Shown here piece by piece: positions 37,124 through 45,427 of a stretch of 64,000 bases of DNA. The stretch covers positions 192,001 to 256,000 of the IMG/VR virus record IMGVR_UViG_3300049988_000286, one strand, 5' to 3'. Source of the DNA: a virus. Its lineage: Duplodnaviria; Caudoviricetes. The position numbers were made by a program, and so were the translations under genes. Positions within the stretch are counted from its first letter, which is position 1. Each line of letters opens with the position of its first letter. Below the pieces are notes generated by a model. That model had not been told where the DNA came from. It ran no database searches and worked only from the letters and a program-made list of their open reading frames with translations.

Positions 37124-38773
37124 ATGAGCGTTGCCGGTGATACGATGGAGGTGCCGAAGGGCACGACGATCTATGATGGAACCTATTTCTACGAAGGCAC
37201 CGATTCGGTCTACTTTGGACAGGAGCCCACCGTAGGTGTTCGCGCTTCGAAGGTCACCATCGATGCCGTCGTCGATCTGTCGAAGCGCTGGTGGGCTCTC
37301 ACCAGTGAACAGGACCGCACCACCATTCGCGCCAGATTCGGCGTTTCCTTCCCCGACATCTTCACCCATGCTCGAAATAGCGGCTGGTCGTACAATCCGG
37401 TCACCAGTGGTGGTCCGCGTAACGGAGTTCGGATGACCGACGAGGAGGCGGATATCTTTCTCGTCAACCGGCGCGTTCGCATTCCCGTGTCGCGACAGGA
37501 GGAATGGGAGGCATATGCGGCAGAGTTGCGCGCCATGATCGAGACGCGCTATCCCGGCATGAAGTTCGCCAAGTGGAGTAAGGGCAAGAAGGCCGCGCTC
37601 CTTTCCGACCTCGTGCCCGCCACCGCAGCAGCACCCAAGCCCAAGGCCGAGAAGGCGATCACCAAGCGCCGCCAGATGGTCAAGGGCTCGATCTGGTCGT
37701 TCCCCGAGCCGGTCGAGATCAAGATCAACGTGGACAATCCCGAGATCGATGCGCTCATCATGAAGCGACGCGACATGCCCAACCGCACCATGGAGGAGAA
37801 AGCCGCCTACGACGTGGTGCACCAGCGCATCCTCAATACCCCCAAGACCATCGAAAAGCTGGCAGCGCGCATCCCTGCCGGAACACGCGTCGAGGTGATC
37901 GACAAGGCACAGACGAGCTATGGCAACAACGGGCTCTTGATCCCCTTCCGCATCTTGGAGCAGAAGATCGCCGTGGCGGCGGAACTGCTCGGCAAGGGGC
38001 GGTGGTATAATCCCCTCCATCATAGCGAGGGTATCCTCCTCCCTTACGCGCAGATCGAACCCACCATCGTGGCGGAGTCGATCCCCGAGACGATCTCGTA
38101 CGTTCTCCGCGATAGCGCCACGGGTGAGTTCTGGGGTGGCTGGGAGACCGAACCCGCCCGCTGGGGCACGCGCACCACCGACAAGGCGAAGATGTCCGCG
38201 ACCTTCTCGGGTGCGAAGAAGTTCGTCAACATGGCAGCCTTGAAGGCTAGCATCATGGACTTCACCGGCTACCACAAGGGCTTGGAGATCGAAGGCTACG
38301 TCGGCGAGTGGGTCGGCAGCGGCGATACCAAGATGAAGCTGTCGGAGACGTGGGAGGCGGTCGCGATCGACAAGACCACCAACACCGAGAAGGAAGTCAT
38401 CGATGTGCAGGGCTGGTACCGCGAGTTGCTGCGGCTGCGCGTCATCACCTCGAAGGTGAACAGCGCTGTGCGGGGCGTCTTCAAGAAGGTTGAGGGCAAT
38501 CCCGATTTCGCCGCCATCGTCTCGTTCGCACTCCCGGAAGACCTCTGGGACGACGAGAAGATGGAGCCCAGCGATGCCAAGCTGATCAAGGACGCGATGT
38601 CCAACGCGGAGGGCAAGACGCTCACGCACAAGACGCCCTACACCCATGCCTTCGCGGTCGCGACCGGTATGGACGCCGATCTGGTGGCGCTCTCCTATAG
38701 CGGCCCCGCTATCGTCAATGTCTACGATTCGACGACGCTCGATGAGATCGTCGTCAATGGGGAGGCGGCGTGA
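37124..38773 (+). CDS. hypothetical protein (549 aa)
   Basis: Long ORF with strong GC3 codon bias; no recognisable catalytic motif. Confidence 0.75.
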   Translation: MSVAGDTMEVPKGTTIYDGTYFYEGTDSVYFGQEPTVGVRASKVTIDAVVDLSKRWWALTSEQDRTTIRARFGVSFPDIFTHARNSGWSYNPVTSGGPRNGVRMTDEEADIFLVNRRVRIPVSRQEEWEAYAAELRAMIETRYPGMKFAKWSKGKKAALLSDLVPATAAAPKPKAEKAITKRRQMVKGSIWSFPEPVEIKINVDNPEIDALIMKRRDMPNRTMEEKAAYDVVHQRILNTPKTIEKLAARIPAGTRVEVIDKAQTSYGNNGLLIPFRILEQKIAVAAELLGKGRWYNPLHHSEGILLPYAQIEPTIVAESIPETISYVLRDSATGEFWGGWETEPARWGTRTTDKAKMSATFSGAKKFVNMAALKASIMDFTGYHKGLEIEGYVGEWVGSGDTKMKLSETWEAVAIDKTTNTEKEVIDVQGWYRELLRLRVITSKVNSAVRGVFKKVEGNPDFAAIVSFALPEDLWDDEKMEPSDAKLIKDAMSNAEGKTLTHKTPYTHAFAVATGMDADLVALSYSGPAIVNVYDSTTLDEIVVNGEAA

Positions 38774-38967
38774 TGGGGAAGCTGTCCGAGATCGACGCGA
38801 TGAAGAACAACATCGAAACGATCCTCTTCGCCGCCGATCAGCAGGGCAGCGATCTTCACCGACGCATCGATGCGCTGGTGGAGCGTCGCGCGTGTAGCCG
38901 CGACATGGTGGCGGAGATCGGTGCCATCGTGGAGGCGGCGTTCGTGCTTGGAAGGACGGCCCGTTGA
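38773..38967 (+). CDS. hypothetical protein
   Basis: GGAGG SD; TGATG overlap. Confidence 0.6.
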   Translation: MGKLSEIDAMKNNIETILFAADQQGSDLHRRIDALVERRACSRDMVAEIGAIVEAAFVLGRTAR

Positions 38968-39359
38968 ACAGTCACAGTCAGCTTTGGCGCATCACCGGCG
39001 CTGCAATCACGGGCACACTGTTTGGCGTGTTCGCGGTGCCGTGGCTACACCCCAGTTCCGATCAAGGAGAACCGGGACAAGTCATGGCCACGTCAGCGAT
39101 TGTGCGCGGCGAGGGCGGCGCTATCGCGGAGATCGGTAGGGCGGTTCGATCATTCACAACGACCGACGCCCCGGTGCTCATCACGTTGGCACCGGGGGAG
39201 TCAAGGAAGCTGCTGTGCGGCCTCTATGGTCGGGATGGTGCGCTGCTGACGAGCGCATCCATTTATGCCAGCGGGAGCATCACCGACGTGCTGCGGTTCA
39301 ATCCCGGCAAGGATGATCTACCGGGCCGACTGCAATGCCGGTTCGAGGCGCGAGATTAG
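38964..39359 (+). CDS. predicted membrane-anchored protein
   Basis: N-terminal hydrophobic segment ITGAAITGTLFGVFAVPWL; TTG start. Confidence 0.55.
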   Translation: MNSHSQLWRITGAAITGTLFGVFAVPWLHPSSDQGEPGQVMATSAIVRGEGGAIAEIGRAVRSFTTTDAPVLITLAPGESRKLLCGLYGRDGALLTSASIYASGSITDVLRFNPGKDDLPGRLQCRFEARD

Positions 39360-39691
39360 GCGTATTCGGCTCGCCTCTCGCGCATGGAGGCGAGACGGCG
39401 CTGGCGAGGCTTCACGGTGAAGGCCGGGATATCACCCTCCAATTCCGCCTCCAGTGCAGCGATCTGATCGTCCATCAGCAGCGCGGCGCGGCTACGGAAA
39501 TTCTCGATCACGAGGCACCCTGCATCGACGGGGTTGGTGTGCCCCTCAATGGCGCGAAGTTCGTTGTCAAAGCCGAACGGGAACCACTGGTCACCGAGAC
39601 GCTCGATGTAGCCCTCCGCCGGAGCATCGTCACAGTTGCCCATGGCGATGTCGAGACGGTTGTCGCTGTTCGTCTGAATAAGAGTGATCAT
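39356..39691 (-). CDS. hypothetical protein
   Basis: GGAG SD; about 111 aa. Confidence 0.55.
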   Translation of the reverse strand: MITLIQTNSDNRLDIAMGNCDDAPAEGYIERLGDQWFPFGFDNELRAIEGHTNPVDAGCLVIENFRSRAALLMDDQIAALEAELEGDIPAFTVKPRQRRLASMRERRAEYA

Positions 39692-39758
39692 GCTGTGCTC
39701 CGATAAATCCTGTAGTTCGGTGTCTATCAGATATAAACGATTATACAAGCGTAAAGTT

Positions 39759-39796
39759 CAATAATTGGGGCGACGATCCACAGACCGCCGCCCCAA
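39759..39796 (-). terminator. intrinsic terminator of the pol/clamp operon
   Basis: 14-bp stem TTGGGGCGGCGGTC-TGTG-GATCGTCGCCCCAA-TTATT; its G.U pairs form only on the minus-strand RNA. Confidence 0.75.
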
Positions 39797-39872
39797 GCCT
39801 CCCCCGCAGTCGCTAGCCGCGACAATGGAAATCACCTCCTGATTCGAATTAACCGGCAGGAGAGGCGGTATT

Positions 39873-40616
39873 TCATCCGATCGTTTGCCGGAGGAAATAC
39901 TTGTAGGTGCCGTGATGAGTCACGACCTCTACACCGAGCAGACCCTTGCTGGTAAACATCAACCGAGCCTCACTCGCATTCTGTGCGATCTTCATCAGCA
40001 TCAGAAACTTATCAACCGGGAAGTTGAGAACACCCGTAAGAGTACCCACCACCTTCTCGGCAAAAACCATAGAGCCGGAATGCGACGACGATGCCTCCTG
40101 ACCAAAGGTCATCTTGAGATCACCATCTTCGACCGAGACACCGAAATTCTTGTCGATCGCCGAATACAGTCCAGCAAACTGCGTGAATTCCGCCAGCTTC
40201 GCCTTGTTGATCTCGTGGAGGACGATCCCCCACGGGATCGAGGCGATCTTGGCCTGATCCGGAACATGCTGGATATCCATCAGCTTGAAGACCGACTTCG
40301 AGCCCGCACCCTTGAATTCAAACTGATCCAAGACCGTCTTGTCCCCCACCGTGCGCGAACGCACGTTGAAGGTCGCGTCCTCGGTCTGGTAGTTGGCAAA
40401 TCCGAGCAACCCCGAGAGCATCTTGAGATTGGTGATCCCAAACTCACCATCGAGCACAGGTGAGGGAGTGGCGAGCACACCCTCGATGAACAGCGTCTTG
40501 TCAGTGTCGAAAGTCTGCACCCTCGTCTCCGAAGCTGTCCCGGTCACCTTGATGATCTCCACCCCGGCAACGGCACAATGGCGAACCATGTCTTCGAGGT
40601 TGGCTTGAATAGTCAT
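39873..40616 (-). CDS. DNA polymerase sliding clamp (gp45-like), putative
   Basis: 247 aa directly downstream of the polymerase C-terminal gene; IIKVTGT.SET, GEFGITNLKML and SKGLLGVEV...G.YKYFL. Confidence 0.65.
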   Translation of the reverse strand: MTIQANLEDMVRHCAVAGVEIIKVTGTASETRVQTFDTDKTLFIEGVLATPSPVLDGEFGITNLKMLSGLLGFANYQTEDATFNVRSRTVGDKTVLDQFEFKGAGSKSVFKLMDIQHVPDQAKIASIPWGIVLHEINKAKLAEFTQFAGLYSAIDKNFGVSVEDGDLKMTFGQEASSSHSGSMVFAEKVVGTLTGVLNFPVDKFLMLMKIAQNASEARLMFTSKGLLGVEVVTHHGTYKYFLRQTIG

Positions 40617-40674
40617 TCCGTGTCTTTCTCTCTATAAGTCTTTGATACAGGGGGAGGGGTCAGGCGTGCAATAA

Positions 40675-41721
40675 TCAAAAGGAGATAAATTCGTCGCCGC
40701 TATGAACGAAGCTACCAGACAAATCCCACTTCATCGGTCCTACCAGATTATCCAGCTTCTTATCGATGATGACTTCCTCCATGGCGGCATGATCGAACGG
40801 CAAATCCTTGAACCACTTCGGCAGATGCGGCTCATCTATGGGGTAAGCGATAGAATCCATCTTCGACACCGTGGGGAGAAGCTTGCAGACGATGATGCGC
40901 GACCCATCGGTGATCCTCATCGAGAACTTGTCGTTGTGGATGTCGAGCATCTTGTTCCAATTCTCCGACGCACGGACGTGGCCCGGCACCGTCGATTTGG
41001 CCTTCTCACCCTTTCGCCGAGCATCAGTAAGCCCCATCGAGGCCGATCGAGCCATGATGCGACGATACTTGGTCAAGTTGCTGACCTTCTTCGGACTGCC
41101 CTTCTCCCACGCGGGTCTAGCCTTGAAGGCAGTCCTGAACTCGCGAATGTCACCGATGATCTGATCCTGACTGGTGCCTTGCAGGACATCCATGAGGACT
41201 TGCTCAAGGAAGGCTTGCATGAACTTCGGCGTATCAGCACGCTTGAGGTCGAGCCCCATCGCTTTCAACTTACCGGGCTTGTTGCCAGTGTCGAGGCGCT
41301 TGCCTTCAAGATCGTAGATCAACCCGCCGTATTTCTTCTTCTTGATGAAGAGCATCCGGGAGGCCACCAACTCACGACCAGCCGCGATGATCGCACCACG
41401 CTTCAACGATGTGTTGAAAGTGCGCGCCATGAATTCGGGGAAGGTCGCGTTGACGTTATCCGCCACCTTGTCATAGATGGCAATGTAATCCTCACGCGTG
41501 CAATCCTCACCCATCATATAGGCGGCAGAGAAGTAGCACGAATCGGTATCCGCGTAGCAGATCGCATCACCGGTATAGTCGTACTCACCAGTGAGTTCCT
41601 GATTCACCTGCGCATTCATATGCCGAACAATGGAACGACCCGTGAGGGTCACTGATTGTCCCATACGAGGGTCGGCCAGCCTCATTGCCTCGTTAAGGAG
41701 CGCCCCGTACAGCGAGTTAAG
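40675..41721 (-). CDS. family B DNA polymerase, C-terminal gene, exon 2
   Basis: LNSLYGAL, GQSVTLTG, YADTDS (motif C), KKKYG and GLDLKRADTP. Confidence 0.92.
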   Translation of the reverse strand, partial: LNSLYGALLNEAMRLADPRMGQSVTLTGRSIVRHMNAQVNQELTGEYDYTGDAICYADTDSCYFSAAYMMGEDCTREDYIAIYDKVADNVNATFPEFMARTFNTSLKRGAIIAAGRELVASRMLFIKKKKYGGLIYDLEGKRLDTGNKPGKLKAMGLDLKRADTPKFMQAFLEQVLMDVLQGTSQDQIIGDIREFRTAFKARPAWEKGSPKKVSNLTKYRRIMARSASMGLTDARRKGEKAKSTVPGHVRASENWNKMLDIHNDKFSMRITDGSRIIVCKLLPTVSKMDSIAYPIDEPHLPKWFKDLPFDHAAMEEVIIDKKLDNLVGPMKWDLSGSFVHSGDEFISF

Positions 41722-41971
41722 CCATGATGTTCCAAGCCGATCGCCACCGACTTGTTGTCCTTGTGGACAACTGCATGTTGCCATGCAGAGCAGACCATAT
41801 CATAGACTCTTCGTGAGAGCCCCCGCCCGTTTCGGCCCGCTTGGGCCTACTCGCTTTCGCGATGGTCGTTGAACCTTCCCTTGCGGGCTTGGCTGCTGAT
41901 TGTCCCAGAGGGATGTCCCAGCAATTAGAGCGGTTATTCGATGGCCGTCGCCGACCAAAGCCTCCAGATTA
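41722..41971 (-). ncRNA. group I self-splicing intron (250 nt, no ORF)
   Basis: 5' exon ends in U and the intron ends in G. P AAUUGCUGGGA, Q AAUCAGCAGCC, R GGUUCAACGACCAU, S UGAUAUGGUC; P7 GACCAU/AUGGUC; P3 CCGCUC/GGGCGG; GNRA-capped P2 and P9. Removing it restores ARKIL-LNSLYG in frame. Confidence 0.9.
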
Positions 41972-42154
41972 AAGGATTTTTCTCGCTTGCTGTCGTTGGT
42001 CCCAGAACCCGATCTGCCCTGCTACCCATTCACGCTTCTCTTCGATCGCTACGATCTTGCCGTCTTGCAGTTCCAGCCCATGCTCCGACATCAACTCGGC
42101 AATGGCGCTGGCATCTCCTGCTTCGATCAACTGACCAAGCTTCTCAATTTCCAT
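41972..42154 (-). CDS. family B DNA polymerase, C-terminal gene, exon 1 (61 aa)
   Basis: GGAGA SD and ATG; ends FWDQRQQARKIL, the first half of motif B, followed by an intron-encoded TAA. Confidence 0.85.
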
Positions 42155-42273
42155 ACGGTGTCTCTCCACTCATCAGAGACAATCTACTTAACTTCGGCTC
42201 GTTCCCACAATATGATTCGCTATTGTCTTGACAGTTCCCTCAACTCTGCTACACCTGTTGAGAAGGAACCTCT

Positions 42274-42813
42274 ATGCCCATTATCCTCATTGGCTGTTTC
42301 ATCGGTGCCGTGCTCGGTGTGGGCGCGATGAGTCTATGGACGGGTATGAAGGCGCACCCCAAGGCGGTGGCGATCATCTGGGCCATTTCCTCGTTCATCG
42401 CCCTCATCTGGCACCCTGTCCCCAAGGGCCGGGATTTCCACGCCGTGGGGATCATCGGTCAGTCCGAGGCAACCGTGGTGGCGGCGATCGGTGAGGCGCA
42501 GACCTGTTCACCGTTCTTCGACGAGATCGACCCCGACAGTGGGAAGACCGCGTGCTACTATCAGGGCAACACGACGGTCATCTACCAGCATGGTCGCTCG
42601 ATCCGGATCACGAGTGGTGCTCTCGATGGCGTCCCCTACGCGACCTCACCGGAGTATTACGCCGTGGTTACCGAGCATCTTGGTTTCGATGCCAGCCGCC
42701 CCGTGGTGGCCACCATCGACAAATTGGTTTGGCAGATCGACGGCGGCACGCTAACCGTGTTGTCGAACCAGCGTCTCGACACTGCGGGGATCACCATTGA
42801 CGCCACATCTTGA
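42274..42813 (+). CDS. predicted membrane protein (inside the pol split)
   Basis: Two N-terminal hydrophobic segments; AAGGA SD. Confidence 0.65.
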   Translation: MPIILIGCFIGAVLGVGAMSLWTGMKAHPKAVAIIWAISSFIALIWHPVPKGRDFHAVGIIGQSEATVVAAIGEAQTCSPFFDEIDPDSGKTACYYQGNTTVIYQHGRSIRITSGALDGVPYATSPEYYAVVTEHLGFDASRPVVATIDKLVWQIDGGTLTVLSNQRLDTAGITIDATS

Positions 42814-43255
42814 TCAACTGGTTGATCTTCCGTCGTGGGATCATGGGCTGAAGATTGACCGGCAGATCGATGATGTGCGCCGGGAAGTCCAGAGTGCGAT
42901 CGGTGGTTTGGAGCCCGGTCGCGAGGCCGATGACGTGGATCAGGCCTTCGACAATTACATCGCCACGGTCGATAAGCTCCGTGACCTCTACGCAACGGCA
43001 GAGGGCATTTTCCACACTGTGCGGGAGGCCTACGATGAGGCGATCACGATCGCGGATCGGTTGTTCGAACTCCAACCATGGCGGATGACGATCTCCGATA
43101 CCTCACCTCATTATAAGGCCTTGCGCGGAGCACCGCCGATGTGGCTTGAGGAAAACCTTCACGACGCCGTGGAGATATTCCCGCTCGCTGGTCACCTCAT
43201 AATTGTTTTCGGCAACGAGGCCGACATGACGCTCTTTCGCCTCAAGTATGCCTGA
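42797..43255 (+). CDS. hypothetical protein (small paralog family domain at the C-terminus)
   Basis: MWLEENL...IVFGNEADMTLFRLKY. Confidence 0.65.
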   Translation: MTPHLDQLVDLPSWDHGLKIDRQIDDVRREVQSAIGGLEPGREADDVDQAFDNYIATVDKLRDLYATAEGIFHTVREAYDEAITIADRLFELQPWRMTISDTSPHYKALRGAPPMWLEENLHDAVEIFPLAGHLIIVFGNEADMTLFRLKYA

Positions 43256-43817
43256 ACGTGAAGCCCGAGGCGGTGGTTCCCATCGTCTGGGGGCGTGACA
43301 TTTCGATATCGCTCGCTTGGGGGATGGGCTGCGACATTCCAATATATTCGCTCCGCAGCGCGACTTCCTTGACGATCACGAAGGGTGCCGGGGTGGCGTT
43401 TCCGAGCGGCGTCGATCCCAGCCACACATCGTTGGTTTGTCGGAACAGGAGATCGCCGTGCCGAATGGGTGTGGTGAGGCGGCTGATACCCATGTGAGAG
43501 ACGAGAGTGCGATCCTCTCCCGTGTAGCGCAGAATGGCTCCGGTCTGTGGAGGGGCGACGGTGATCTCCCCCATGGCGTCGGAGAACTGCCCGGCTGCTT
43601 CGAGGGCACGACGTTGATCCGCGAGACGGCAATAGGCCAGTAGCGCATTGCGGTACCACGGCAGGGGCACAGCGGCGGTTTCAATGTCACTGGGGCCGAT
43701 GATGCCAAGATCGATCTGGGTCATCATGGCGGAGATTTCTGGGCGGCGCTGCGCTTCACTGCGAAGCAACGCCACGGGGTCGCGCCCGTTCATACCGACG
43801 ATCTGATTAGGTTGCAT
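43242..43817 (-). CDS. hypothetical protein
   Basis: GGGAGA SD; about 191 aa. Confidence 0.6.
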   Translation of the reverse strand: MQPNQIVGMNGRDPVALLRSEAQRRPEISAMMTQIDLGIIGPSDIETAAVPLPWYRNALLAYCRLADQRRALEAAGQFSDAMGEITVAPPQTGAILRYTGEDRTLVSHMGISRLTTPIRHGDLLFRQTNDVWLGSTPLGNATPAPFVIVKEVALRSEYIGMSQPIPQASDIEMSRPQTMGTTASGFTFRHT

Positions 43818-43828
43818 GGTTCTCCCAT

Positions 43829-43865
43829 AAACAATTAGGACCGCACCCGAAGGCACGGCCCTAAT
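43829..43865 (-). terminator. cUUCGg-capped hairpin/terminator
   Basis: ATTAGGGCCGTGCC-TTCG-GGTGCGGTCCTAAT-TGTTT with three G.U pairs. Confidence 0.7.
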
Positions 43866-43893
43866 ATGGAGGTTCGGAGTCTAGCGTGCAATA

Positions 43894-44343
43894 TTACACT
43901 GCCATTAGGAGTGCCGCCACATCGTTCTGCCGCTGCATCTCGACCTCTAGCTTCTGCTCGACCATCTCGTTGTATTGGTCGCGAGTGCCGGAAGTCATGA
44001 AGTTGTAGTTGTCGAGGACTTCTGGCATGTCGGGGTATAGGTTGGTGCCGATCCACACTCCGCCGCCAACGGCGTAGAGTAGGTCTCCATCACGGACCTC
44101 TAGGCCGAGATGGTTGTCATCGGCGGGGATCATGACGGTCGGGCCATCGTATTCCAAGATACCACCAATCTCGTCGATCGCCCTGTCCTCCATCGTATCC
44201 GGGAGTAGGTGATCGAGAACGCTCATCGTGACGCGGTTGCGGGCACTCGCGAGGGTGCGCACCAGCGATTTGAAGGCGGTGGGGGTGTCGCCACCGATCG
44301 TGGTGGTCGGGGTATCGAGGTCTGCGGTTGCCTGTGCAAACAT
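43894..44343 (-). CDS. hypothetical protein
   Basis: AGGAGA SD; about 149 aa. Confidence 0.65.
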   Translation of the reverse strand: MFAQATADLDTPTTTIGGDTPTAFKSLVRTLASARNRVTMSVLDHLLPDTMEDRAIDEIGGILEYDGPTVMIPADDNHLGLEVRDGDLLYAVGGGVWIGTNLYPDMPEVLDNYNFMTSGTRDQYNEMVEQKLEVEMQRQNDVAALLMAV

Positions 44344-44735
44344 GGTAGTATCTCCTATACTGGCAAGCCCGCGTTGTGGGGCTTTCTGAATTAGTATAGG
44401 TATAACTACCGGGAGCGAACTATAGTTCCCTAATTGCAACTTTTATTTGATTATTTTAGAACATGGAACGAGGAAGTGGACCAATGAACAAGCAGCAAAG
44501 AACAATTCGGCCTAGCACATATAGTGAAAATGGCTCACAATTGACAAGCTACAATAATCTCATAACACCGCAGCAACCGACAATTGTCCGAAGACTGGTA
44601 TGCGGTGATCAAGAGAATGCCCTATTCGGGCTTTGCTGAAAGTGTCTACCACACGCCGGGGCGTGATCGAGAAACATGATCCTACCTACACTCGCTCCAT
44701 GCCCCCCGCAGGGACCGAAGCCCCTGCGAAGCCCG

Positions 44736-45344
44736 TTAGTCGATCAGCTTCTCGGCGCGGAGAACCGCAACCTCCTCATCCGCGAGGGTGATCGTCGTGT
44801 TGAAATTCGTGGCGGTCAGGTCGTCCTTCAAGGACGCGCGCTGGCGCTTGAGCACCGCGATGAGGTCGGCGATGAACCCCTTGGTCTCCGCTCCCATGAT
44901 GTCGATGGTGAGCGACTCGGTGCGGACCGTGTATCGCTCACGGCTTTCCGGCGCGTCCAGATCGGCGCGCATCTTCGCGACCTTGCGATCAAGGGCGGCG
45001 AGATCATCGATCGGCGTGGCGTCGTCGAACAGATTCTCCGGCTTCGCGACCGCAGTAAGGCGCAGAAGCTGCTCATCGATCGCGGCGACGAGCGCCAGAT
45101 TGCCATCGACGCCCGCCGCGCTGTTGGCGATGCCCACCATGGCGCGGATGCGGTAAGCAGCGGTGATCGCCCCCTGCTGGCGCTCCAGCGCGGCGAAGAA
45201 GGCGACGCGGGTCGCATCCGCCGCCTCGGTAGCAGTGATCTCGCTGTAGGCGGAGATCGAAGCGCGGGGGTTGGGCGTAATGGTCTTCGCCACCGCGAGC
45301 AAGGCACGCGACAACTCCGACGCCTTCTTGAGAGTGATCTTCAT
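44736..45344 (-). CDS. hypothetical coiled-coil protein
   Basis: 202 aa MKITLKKA...; upstream sigma70-like promoter. Confidence 0.7.
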   Translation of the reverse strand: MKITLKKASELSRALLAVAKTITPNPRASISAYSEITATEAADATRVAFFAALERQQGAITAAYRIRAMVGIANSAAGVDGNLALVAAIDEQLLRLTAVAKPENLFDDATPIDDLAALDRKVAKMRADLDAPESRERYTVRTESLTIDIMGAETKGFIADLIAVLKRQRASLKDDLTATNFNTTITLADEEVAVLRAEKLID

Positions 45345-45377
45345 GGTCCGGTCCCCGTTCGAATATCGTTTCGCCGT

Positions 45378-45408
45378 CCATCTAGACGGCGGGCAGAAGG
45401 ACTGTCAA
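45378..45408 (-). promoter_or_regulatory. alphaproteobacterial-type sigma70 promoter TTGACA-N17-CTAGAT inside an inverted repeat
   Basis: Minus strand reads ctagatggcggg TTGACA gtccttctg cccgccgtCTAGAT. Confidence 0.55.
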
Positions 45409-45427
45409 CCCGCCATCTAGAAAATAA

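Noticed and set aside
36482-38647. 721-aa minus-strand ORF and other long antisense ORFs (e.g. 20134-21558, 22398-23282, 40702-41655, 58859-59761)
   Set aside because: They are shadows of GC3-biased genes on the opposite strand, with no SD, no motifs and odd amino-acid composition.
41722-41784. Start of the polymerase C-terminal part at ATG 41784 (ORF track)
   Set aside because: The first 21 residues are intron RNA (P9 region), and this start would lack the Lys half of motif B.
44540-44670. Degenerate HNH endonuclease (HSLDHRIPV in one minus frame)
   Set aside because: It is a single short motif, and completing it needs frameshifts and stop read-through. Not supportable without a search.
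42155-45427. A second giant intron, trans-splicing or ribosomal hop joining the polymerase halves
   Set aside because: No P/Q/R/S elements or group II domain V were seen at either break. The C-gene has its own SD and ATG, and the gap contains terminators and opposite-strand genes.
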